From Candidatus Electrothrix yaqonensis (lineage in GTDB: Bacteria > Desulfobacterota > Desulfobulbia > Desulfobulbales > Desulfobulbaceae), in contig CP178758.1 in the NCBI GenBank assembly GCA_047651235.1, forward strand, positions 1,020,001 to 1,052,000: a DNA stretch of 32,000 nt, read 5' to 3'. How positions within the stretch are numbered: the first letter of the stretch is position 1; each line of letters starts with the position of its first letter. The notes under the pieces were generated by a model. That model did no database searches, had not been told where the DNA came from, and saw nothing but the letters and a program-made list of their open reading frames with translations. Of the stretch, positions 16,498 through 23,898 are shown in pieces. The position numbers and the translations under genes were made by a program.

Positions 16498-17718
16498 ATG
16501 AATCGATCTCCGAAGAATATATTAAAAGCAGCGATCTGTGCGTTGCTGCTGATCAGCATCCTACCGATTTCCATCGTATCCGCAGCAGACACCTCTTTCC
16601 GAAACTGGATAGATGCCTTTTATCCGCGCGCGGCAGAGCAGGGGATCAGCAGAACTGTGTATGATCAGGCATTTTCCGGAGTGACGGAGCCGGACAGCGA
16701 AGTACTACGCAAGGCTGCTTATCAGCCGGAGTTCACTGTCGAAATTTGGGATTATATTGATACGGTAGTAAATAAACATACCATTGAACGGGCCCGTGCG
16801 GCAGCAGTGCCGTATGCCGGATGGCTCAAAAAAATTGAGCAGCGCCTCAAAGTGGATGTCCCGGTCCTGCTGGCGATCTGGTCCATTGAAAGCGGCTGCG
16901 GAACCGTGCTGGAGCGTCCGGGCCGAATGCATTATGTGCCCCGTGCCCTGGCCACGCTGGCCTATGCGGATAAAAGCCGTCGGAAATTCGGTGAACAGCA
17001 GCTGATCGCCGCTCTGCAGATTGTTCAGCAGGGCAATGTTTCCCTGCAACAATTCTATGGTTCCTGGGCCGGAGCAATGGGGCACACCCAGTTCATCCCG
17101 ACCAGCTACCAGGCCTACAGCGTGGATATGGACGGCGACGGGCGGCGGGATATCTGGAATTCCGTTCCTGACGCGCTGGCAACCGCAGCAAATCTGCTGC
17201 ATAAAAACGGCTGGCGCACTGGAAAAGCCTGGGGATACGAAGTGCGGGTTCCGGCGCGCGGGGCACAGTATACAGGCAAAACAAAAACACTTGCCCAATG
17301 GCGCGAGCTGGGGTTTACCCGGCCTGACGGGATCTGGTTTCCGGAACCTGCAGCACGGGCGGAATTGCTGCTGCCCGCCGGTGCTGCAGGTCCGGGCTTT
17401 CTTGTGCTGCGCAATTTTTTTATGCTCAAGCGGTATAATAATTCGGATTTTTATGCTCTGGCTGTGGGGCTGCTTGCTGACCGGCTGGCAGGAAAAAAAG
17501 GAATGCGGCAGAACTGGCCCCGACCGCCGGATTCCCTGGTTGTTGCAGAAAAGTTTGAGCTGCAGCAGCTATTGCAGAAAAAAGGCTTTTACGATGGTGT
17601 AATTGACGGGGATCTCGGTTCAAAGACCAGGCAGGGCATCAGGGAATTTCAGCAGAAGCTCGGTCTGCCTTCTGACGGCAAGCCGACCCGAAAAGTTCTG
17701 CAGGCACTGCGGAACTGA
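16498..17718 (+). CDS. lytic murein transglycosylase (MltB/SLT_2 family) with C-terminal peptidoglycan-binding domain
   Basis: The signal peptide is MNRSPKNILKAAICALLLISILPISIVSA. The catalytic region reads LLAIWSIESGCG and GAMGHTQFIPTSY. The C-terminal PG_binding_1-like segment is LQKKGFYDGVIDGDLGSKTRQGIREFQQKLGLPSDG. Confidence 0.88.
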   Translation: MNRSPKNILKAAICALLLISILPISIVSAADTSFRNWIDAFYPRAAEQGISRTVYDQAFSGVTEPDSEVLRKAAYQPEFTVEIWDYIDTVVNKHTIERARAAAVPYAGWLKKIEQRLKVDVPVLLAIWSIESGCGTVLERPGRMHYVPRALATLAYADKSRRKFGEQQLIAALQIVQQGNVSLQQFYGSWAGAMGHTQFIPTSYQAYSVDMDGDGRRDIWNSVPDALATAANLLHKNGWRTGKAWGYEVRVPARGAQYTGKTKTLAQWRELGFTRPDGIWFPEPAARAELLLPAGAAGPGFLVLRNFFMLKRYNNSDFYALAVGLLADRLAGKKGMRQNWPRPPDSLVVAEKFELQQLLQKKGFYDGVIDGDLGSKTRQGIREFQQKLGLPSDGKPTRKVLQALRN

Positions 17719-17915
17719 CCGACCCGACAGCGCATCGTTTTTAATTTCGCTTGTGCATGAATCATTTTTCTTATACAACCAAGGATCGTCTGTTGCAGCT
17801 GCCCCTTGCTGCCGGAAACTTGCCGGAGCCAAGTACAGGCAGCCCTTTATGTTTAAAACAAAACCGACAGATTCCCTGCAGATGCAGGCGGGTCACCCGT
17901 TCAGGAGGAAATATC

Positions 17916-18380
17916 ATGCAGACAAAAAACAGGCTGTACCTTCCAGTTGTTCTTGTTGCAGCCGGAATGATGTTTTTTTCCTGTTTCACTCCAGCAGAGG
18001 CTGTTACAACGACAAAATGGTACACAACAGCATCAGATTACAAAAAAGTATCTGTTGCTGCAGAAAAGGAAAAGAAGCCGTTTATTCTGTTTTTTTACAC
18101 GGACTGGTGCGGATTCTGCAAGAAACTGAACAGCAAGTATCTCAGCAACTCCCAAGTAGAAAGCGTATTGAATCGTTGCTACCGGGTTAAAATAAATCCG
18201 GAAAAGGGCAAGAAGGAATTGGCGTTGGCGCACAAGAAACATGTGCGGGGCTACCCCGACTTCAGAGTCGTCCTGCCGGACGGCAGAAACGTCAAACTCC
18301 ATCCGTTCACAAAACATGGCTCGTGGACTGTAAAAGAATTTACTGCTGCCCTGAAGGATGTGTTGGCGCAGGGCAGCTGA
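17916..18380 (+). CDS. periplasmic thioredoxin-fold protein (WCGFC active site)
   Basis: An AGGAGGA RBS sits 6 nt upstream of ATG 17916. A signal peptide is present. The thioredoxin-like motif is FILFFYTDWCGFCKKL. Confidence 0.75.
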   Translation: MQTKNRLYLPVVLVAAGMMFFSCFTPAEAVTTTKWYTTASDYKKVSVAAEKEKKPFILFFYTDWCGFCKKLNSKYLSNSQVESVLNRCYRVKINPEKGKKELALAHKKHVRGYPDFRVVLPDGRNVKLHPFTKHGSWTVKEFTAALKDVLAQGS

Positions 18381-18507
18381 GAAAAAAGAAAGCGGTAGCA
18401 GGCTTTACTTTTTATTCCAAACCCTTGAGAGGAACCAGAAGTTTTCCCTGATCGAAACTCTATCCTCCTGAAATATTCCCGCCCGACCCCTCCGGGCAAA
18501 TCTCCCG

Positions 18508-18532
18508 AAAAAAATGAGGCGATCGCCTCATT
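18508..18532 (-). terminator. intrinsic terminator-like hairpin, functional orientation minus strand
   Basis: A perfect 20-bp palindrome aatgaggcgatcgcctcatt (18513-18532) is preceded on the plus strand by A7. On the minus strand this reads as a hairpin followed by U7. No convincing minus-strand gene lies immediately upstream. Confidence 0.45.
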
Positions 18533-18631
18533 GCAAGGGCGCCTTCCGTATGTTTTAGTAAAGCATAATCGATAGAAAGATATCTTGTCGGACAGCTTGG
18601 ACGGCGCAAACGAGATAAAAGGGAGCCTTTC

Positions 18632-18868
18632 ATGAAAACACAGCATATTAGTGAAGCATACGACTGTCCTCTGACCAAAAAACATGTCCATGTTCAGCTC
18701 AGGCAGCATTCGAAACATGTCGACAGAGAGCCTGAGGTCTGTTCAAATATCGGTGAATGCGGCTGCGGGGTCGTGCAGATTATTTACGGTATGAGTTATA
18801 CTGTTGACTGGAAAAAATGCTGCTTATATCCTACAATTAAAAAACAAAAACAATATATTGAGAATTAG
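18632..18868 (+). CDS. small Cys-rich hypothetical protein
   Basis: The 78-aa product has an RBS (aaagggag) upstream and a strong terminator downstream. It has 7 Cys, including CGCG and CC pairs. Confidence 0.5.
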   Translation: MKTQHISEAYDCPLTKKHVHVQLRQHSKHVDREPEVCSNIGECGCGVVQIIYGMSYTVDWKKCCLYPTIKKQKQYIEN

Positions 18869-18916
18869 GGGCGGTCGTCAAGTAATAACGCTCTGTTCTC
18901 TCCTGATCTTCCTCTG

Positions 18917-18957
18917 CGGCGGCCGTGCCCCTCATCTCACGGTCGCCGTTTTTTTTT
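18917..18957 (+). terminator. Rho-independent terminator
   Basis: The stem pairs cggcggccgtg (18917-18927) with cacggtcgccg (18938-18948), with one mismatch. A T9 run follows (18949-18957). Confidence 0.7.
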
Positions 18958-19117
18958 GCCGTCGACAGTACAACAGTTCAACAGTTTATCAATTCATTGC
19001 CCGGCCTGCTTTAACCGTATCCTTTCTCTTTTCTCATTCTTTCTGAACATTTCTCCTGTTCAATATACCTCTGAGACGCAGCGTTTTTTGTTTGCAATCT
19101 CAGGCACGCTGTGGTAA

Positions 19118-19351
19118 TTATAACCGTGTTTTTTTACCTACTTCATCTATTCGAAATAACTGCTCAATGTTTATCAAATCTGTTCGACTATGAAATTGCC
19201 ATGACGGCATCCGGCCCGGGTCAGGTCGGTATACAATGTCAGCGGCTTTCATCCTCTCCTGATTTTTCCTTCGGTCTCTTTCGACCTGCATTTCTTTTGC
19301 AGTGGCAATCAGGCGGACAAAAAGCTGTCTGAGCTGATTATTTTTTTTCAA
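19118..19351 (-). CDS. hypothetical protein (weak call)
   Basis: The 77-aa ORF has a TTG start, no evident RBS and no recognisable family. Confidence 0.15.
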   Translation of the reverse strand: MKKNNQLRQLFVRLIATAKEMQVERDRRKNQERMKAADIVYRPDPGRMPSWQFHSRTDLINIEQLFRIDEVGKKTRL

Positions 19352-19524
19352 TTCAAGGGCAACTCGCCTCGATTTGAAACTGCGCGTGATTAGCTGTCAC
19401 GCGGGAAAAGGAATGTCATGTCTTCTGATTTGGTAAAAGAATCAGCAGGACATAGTTCTTTGCGGGGAAGCAATATCTGCAATCCTCGTGTCAACTATTC
19501 CCCTGATAAGGAAGGAGAAAAGGT

Positions 19525-19860
19525 ATGAATAAGGAGAAGTTAAACTGCTGGGAATTTAAAGAATGCGGTCGTGAGCCGGGCGGAAAAAATGCTGCAGAAC
19601 TTGGAGAATGTCCGGCTGCGGCTGAAGAAAGGGCTGACGGCATTCATCATGGTGACAACGGCGGCCGCTCCTGCTGGACCGTTACAGGCTCTCTCTGTAA
19701 AATCGAGAATCCCGGAACGCCTGCAAATGAATTCGGCGATTGCCAGCAATGTAGTTTCTACAACATGGTCAGGCAGGAAGAACACGTTGACTTCAAAGTG
19801 ACGACAATCATTCTGAATGAAATAAGAAAAAGAGCTGCCAGGATTTCTGTGTTTTCCTGA
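19525..19860 (+). CDS. two-CW domain-containing protein (stand-alone)
   Basis: A strong RBS (aaggaggag) is present. The product contains CWEFKECGREPGG....CPAA and then GGRSCWTVTGSLC....C..CSFY, which is the two Cys-Trp motif pattern of the two-CW domain. Confidence 0.7.
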   Translation: MNKEKLNCWEFKECGREPGGKNAAELGECPAAAEERADGIHHGDNGGRSCWTVTGSLCKIENPGTPANEFGDCQQCSFYNMVRQEEHVDFKVTTIILNEIRKRAARISVFS

Positions 19861-20316
19861 CTCTTCCGTACACTGTCCGTGCCGGCGAGCAGCAGGCGGG
19901 TCGATGGTACTGATCCGCCTGTCCGCCCGTTTCTTCCCGTATTCAGGGAGGAAATAGATTTTCCATTCTGTACTGTATCCTGCTTTATCCTGCAGAATCC
20001 CTGTCAGAAGTTGTTGAATTTCTGACCACACCCGGAGCTGTATCCGACCTGATCGGGCTGAAGGTGATTTCATATTTCGCCAGGCACTCGCCTGTACGGA
20101 GAAAAAATTGAAACTGTTTTCAGCTGCATCAGCGGATTCTCCCCAAAGAAGGTTCATACTGCGCACCCCGCGCGGGCGAATGACCACGGCAGCGGTGTAT
20201 GAGATTTCGGCAGGCCGGTGCCGGATGATCCCGGTGTCTCCACTGCAGCCTGATTTTTTATCGAAAATACTGTAGAATACCAGCTCAGTTTCACGTTGAC
20301 AGCAGCGTCTGTTCAT
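19861..20316 (-). pseudogene. possible GyrI-like (SbmC/effector-binding fold) remnant, 5'-truncated and lacking a proper stop
   Basis: From memory, the minus-strand frame resembles the C-terminal two-thirds of GyrI-like proteins. ELVFYSIFDK... parallels WVAVYYDNP..., and VWSEIQQLLTGILQDKAGY...WKIYFLPEY parallels PWYQFFNSLLQDSAY...CFEVY. The N-terminal beta-strand region is missing. The frame only stops at 19540, inside the opposing two-CW gene. Confidence 0.25.
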
Positions 20317-20324
20317 TCTATGTT
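20296..20324 (+). promoter_or_regulatory. sigma70-like promoter candidate (TTGACA-17 nt-TATGTT)
   Basis: The -35 ttgaca is at 20296-20301 and the -10 tatgtt at 20319-20324. This is about 85 bp upstream of the 20410 start. Confidence 0.35.
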
Positions 20325-20409
20325 ACAATCAGTCAACAGGTATCGTGGTTTCTGAAGCAGACCATAAAACAGGAACAGGGGTTAAAACTGAAGAGGAGCT
20401 GATGCGGTT

Positions 20410-20985
20410 ATGAGAAAAAAAATAATGTTCAGTCTGTTATGCGGGATCATGCTGATTCTTCCCGGTTCAGCGTTTGCTGGCGATGCTGCCAAGGTTGCAG
20501 ATTATATCGCCAGATCATCGGTCAGAACAATATACAAGAATATGAGGGCTGAGGGGATCTCTTGGGAGCAGATTCGAGATCAATATATGCCCGGTATTCT
20601 CAACAGATCTTTACGGAGCATCAGGCGTGATTATTCTCGTACTGTGATTCTTGATGAGTTCTTGCCCACCCTAGTCAACTCCTACTACAGCGAGATAGAC
20701 AGAATCAATAGAGAGCACAGTACCACCTGCATGGATTCCGGCTTTATCGTGGCCACAATGGTTCCGTTTATTCAGGCCTGCGAAACAAGCCTCGGCTCCT
20801 GGAGGATTACAGTCACCCAGGTTATTGATGTGCTGCTGGATGTATCCTATCCTTACCAAGTCTGCAAGGTATCCGAGGGGAAATCATGCAGCAGCAGAGT
20901 ACAGGAGGAGTTCACCTCGGCATTCAACTATAATGCTGCCCGTAGGCGATACAGGAATGTCTGTTCTGAACAGGGCTGGCTGTAA
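20410..20985 (+). CDS. secreted hypothetical protein (Cys-containing)
   Basis: The signal peptide is MRKKIMFSLLCGIMLILPGSAFAG. I recognise no family. Confidence 0.55.
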   Translation: MRKKIMFSLLCGIMLILPGSAFAGDAAKVADYIARSSVRTIYKNMRAEGISWEQIRDQYMPGILNRSLRSIRRDYSRTVILDEFLPTLVNSYYSEIDRINREHSTTCMDSGFIVATMVPFIQACETSLGSWRITVTQVIDVLLDVSYPYQVCKVSEGKSCSSRVQEEFTSAFNYNAARRRYRNVCSEQGWL

Positions 20986-21016
20986 ATTTTAACCAGACGT
21001 AACAGGAGAGTATATT

Positions 21017-21613
21017 GTGAGAAAAATATTTTTTGTATCTCTGGCAGTAACGGTGCTGTTCACCGGGATTTCGGTCGATGAGTCTTTAGCCCGCCGCGGC
21101 AGTTTTTACAGTATGGCGAAAAGACAGTCTTCCACCATTGTCCGCAGTTCCTGGAGAAGTCTGGGGGGCGACTGTCACAGGGCGGATCAGCTCATGCAGA
21201 TCATCGGCGATGCAGTGGACCGGGTAACCCGGGATATCCGAAACAGGAAGTTCAGGGGCAGAATGGCGGTGGACTTCGGCAATGGTTATATTGATGGACT
21301 GGTCGGCTCTCTGGATGATATTGTCAATAAATGTTCCGATGAGTGCAGCATGATCGGACAGGCATCCGGTGAGTGGTCCTCCGAAATTTTCTGCGCTGTC
21401 TCGGAAGTCATCGGCTCAACTGCAGAATTTGACGGCTTGACAGATATACCGAATCTGATCTGCGGCGAAGCATACCGGATCAGCTGCGAATCCACCTTTG
21501 TCGGCAAAGCAAAAGGAATGTGCGGCCAATACGCCCGTGATAACGACCCTCGTTTTGATAACTACTATCGGGCGAGCAGCAACGGCTGCTGTGCGTATAA
21601 TCGTCAGGACTGA
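21017..21613 (+). CDS. secreted Cys-rich hypothetical protein
   Basis: A GTG start follows an AGGAGAG RBS. A signal-peptide-like N-terminus is present. The mature part has 12 Cys, including a terminal CC. Confidence 0.55.
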   Translation: MRKIFFVSLAVTVLFTGISVDESLARRGSFYSMAKRQSSTIVRSSWRSLGGDCHRADQLMQIIGDAVDRVTRDIRNRKFRGRMAVDFGNGYIDGLVGSLDDIVNKCSDECSMIGQASGEWSSEIFCAVSEVIGSTAEFDGLTDIPNLICGEAYRISCESTFVGKAKGMCGQYARDNDPRFDNYYRASSNGCCAYNRQD

Positions 21614-21658
21614 TTCTGCTTTCCATATAAGCTAACAGATAGCTGACAGCGATTTTTT

Positions 21659-21700
21659 TAAGGGGGAAGCGGAAGTTTCCCCCTTTTTTATTTTTTTTTA
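21659..21700 (+). terminator. Rho-independent terminator
   Basis: The stem is aaggggga...tccccctt, followed by a long T tract (ttttttattttttttt). Confidence 0.75.
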
Positions 21701-21729
21701 TTCTTATTCAGCAAACGGAGGAAGATACT

Positions 21730-23025
21730 ATGTTGAAAAAAAAAGGTTTGTTTTTTCTGAAATACTGCCCGCTTGCCTGCGGCCTTATGTGTACGGCTGC
21801 CTGGGCCAATCCGCATGGAATAAACAAAGGATATTGGGCACTTCATGTTCCCTTTGATCTGGAACCTGTTGAGGCTATGGACGGCAGATCACTGGGCATG
21901 GGCAATGCAGCAGCAGCTATTGCTGATGAGACAAGTGCGGCGGTCATCAACCCGGCCGGACTGCTGGCCGTACAGGGAATCGAGGTCACCGGCAGCTTGG
22001 GCATGTCGTCCTATGATATTGATTATATTGATACCTACGCCTCTTTAAACAACATAGGGCTTGGTCCGGATATGAACGAAATCAGAACCTTCAGCGACGA
22101 TGTGACCAACCTGCCTTTTTTCGGGGTTACCATTCCGATACTTCCTGAACAGCTCGTCACAGCAGTCTATTATCAAAATACCGGCTTCACCGGTGCGGAT
22201 TCTCAGACTGTCGGCCCATTGCCTGTTCTTGATGAATCACTGAATATTCAGCAGCAAAGTATGTCGGAAAAAAACATTGAGGAATATGATCGGTCCGTCT
22301 ACGGCCTGGCCGGAGCCTTCCGTGTCAATGACATGTTCTCCATCGGAGCTTCCGTCAACATGGAGACCTTTGATGCGGATCTGTATGAACGCTGGAGAAG
22401 CAACACCTTTTCTAATTACATTCTTGACTCGGCTACCGGATATGAAAACCGCATTCAGGGGGATGACACCGACCTTACCTTTGGTCTGGGTGCACAGGTT
22501 GAACTGGATACCGGTTTGTCTGTCGGCCTTGCCTACCGCCAGGGAGGAAGTTTCAGTATTGATTACAGCAGTACAGAGAACAACTGCTCGGCTTCGGGGC
22601 ACTGCACAGCCAATACCGAAACAGATACAGCAGCCTTTGATGTTCCTGATGTCTGGAGTATCGGTGCAGCCTGGAGACCTGCGCAGGATTGGCTCCTCTC
22701 GGTGCAGACTGATCTGGTGGAATACTCTGTGCTCAGTGACAGCACGACCCAGGGGATTACGACGGATGAGGAGATAGAGGACGGCGTTGTTCTCCGTTTC
22801 GGTGCGGAAAAGACGTTCTTTATTTCAAATATACTTGAGTATCAGCTTCGGGCCGGACTGTTTACAGAACCGGATCATGACGGGTTTGAGGCAATTGATT
22901 CGGACAAAATCTACTATACTCTCGGCGGCGGTTTTACCTGGAATCAGCAGATCAAGGTTAATCTCGGCACCGGTTTCTCCGAAGACGTCTTTAACGGTGT
23001 GCTGACATTGTCCTGCAGCATATAA
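21730..23025 (+). CDS. outer-membrane beta-barrel protein, FadL/TodX-like (hydrophobic-compound transport family)
   Basis: It has a signal peptide. An N-terminal plug-like motif reads GRSLGMGNAAAAIADETSAAVINPAGL. The pattern of alternating beta-strands ends with an aromatic/hydrophobic-rich C-terminal strand. An RBS ggagga is present. Confidence 0.65.
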   Translation: MLKKKGLFFLKYCPLACGLMCTAAWANPHGINKGYWALHVPFDLEPVEAMDGRSLGMGNAAAAIADETSAAVINPAGLLAVQGIEVTGSLGMSSYDIDYIDTYASLNNIGLGPDMNEIRTFSDDVTNLPFFGVTIPILPEQLVTAVYYQNTGFTGADSQTVGPLPVLDESLNIQQQSMSEKNIEEYDRSVYGLAGAFRVNDMFSIGASVNMETFDADLYERWRSNTFSNYILDSATGYENRIQGDDTDLTFGLGAQVELDTGLSVGLAYRQGGSFSIDYSSTENNCSASGHCTANTETDTAAFDVPDVWSIGAAWRPAQDWLLSVQTDLVEYSVLSDSTTQGITTDEEIEDGVVLRFGAEKTFFISNILEYQLRAGLFTEPDHDGFEAIDSDKIYYTLGGGFTWNQQIKVNLGTGFSEDVFNGVLTLSCSI

Positions 23026-23042
23026 CCTTCCGCAGTCAGCGA

Positions 23043-23187
23043 GGGGCTTCGGGGAGTTAATGACTGATGTTACGCACGCAAATAAAAGATCAGTAAGTTA
23101 CGAGACACCCAAAGCATAGAATCTGCCGATTTTGCGTTTCGGCTGCGTAACATCAGTTAATGATATTTCCGTCGGAAGCCCTTTTGC
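23043..23187. repeat. long imperfect inverted repeat / about 145-nt hairpin (MITE-like or structured 3' element)
   Basis: The paired segments are ggggcttc/gaagccc, ctgatgttacgca (23064-23076)/tgcgtaacatcag (23144-23156) and cgcaaa/tttgcg. They surround an apical region of about 47 nt and are followed by tttt. Confidence 0.55.
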
Positions 23188-23473
23188 ACCTTCTCCTGAC
23201 CGACCCGGATTCCGATAAAAATCAACAGAAAGTTTCCAGGAGGCTGGGAGAAGAACGGCATGCCTCCTGGGAGGCGGATTCCCAGCCTGCTATGAATCAG
23301 ACACCCAACCTACTGGGAGTTGGATGACATGGGAACAGGAGATAACCCCTTCAGGGCATTCCGGAAAATAACTTGTATTTTCAGACTAAATATGGCAGCG
23401 TACGTTTTAAACAAATTACCTTGCGGCAATCCGGGATCAGGCTCTGCCGCAGCAGACCTGTAAGGAGGATAGG

Positions 23474-23898
23474 ATGAAAAGACAACTGGGGTATTTCTTT
23501 TTCTTCACCGCGTTGTTTATGGTGGCCGCAACAGCCAGTACGGTGCAGGCGGAATGGCAGCAGGTAGGAGCAGCTGGATTTTCCTCCGATGAGATCTGGT
23601 TTCCGAGCCTTGCTCTTGCTGGCGACAGCACGCCCTATGTGGCGTATGAGGATAATGCCAATGGCGGGAGAATCAGCATGATGCGCTTTGACGGCACCAA
23701 CTGGGTTCAGGTAGGTGAGGCCGGATTCTCCGCCGGTAAAGCCGAGTCTCCGAGCCTTGCCTGATACGCCCTATGTATCGTACAGGGATGGTGCCAACGG
23801 CTATAAAGCCAGCGTGATGCGCTTTGACGACACCAACTGGGTTCAGGTGGGCGAGGCTGGGTTTTCCACTGATAAGATCCATTTTCCGCGCCTTGCCT
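23474..23898 (+). pseudogene. secreted tandem-repeat (beta-propeller-like, about 48-aa W-x-x-V-G-x-x-G-F-S...PYV-x-Y repeats) protein, frameshifted and truncated by IS
   Basis: An RBS aaggagga and a signal peptide are present. Repeat 1 is EWQQVGAAGFS...TPYVAYEDNANGGRISMMRFDGT. Repeat 2 is NWVQVGEAGFS...(11-nt deletion causes a frameshift at about 23760)...TPYVSYRDGANGYKASVMRFDDT. Repeat 3 is NWVQVGEAGFS..., which is cut by the IS left end at 23899. Confidence 0.7.

Noticed and set aside
16705-17298. 197-aa minus-strand ORF and other frames inside 16498-17718
   Set aside because: They are antisense or alternative-frame shadows of the MltB-type transglycosylase.
17603-18190. 195-aa plus-strand ORF and the 5' extension of 17751-18380
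   Set aside because: The extension lacks an RBS. A strong AGGAGGA RBS precedes ATG 17916, which yields a proper signal peptide. The 17603 ORF overlaps the mltB 3' end and the intergenic region and has no motifs.
19540-20316. Full-length reading of the 258-aa minus-strand ORF as an intact gene
   Set aside because: Its last roughly 107 codons run antisense through the two-CW gene, which has a strong RBS and a recognisable domain. Only the 19861-20316 part shows any family resemblance, so I treat it as a remnant.
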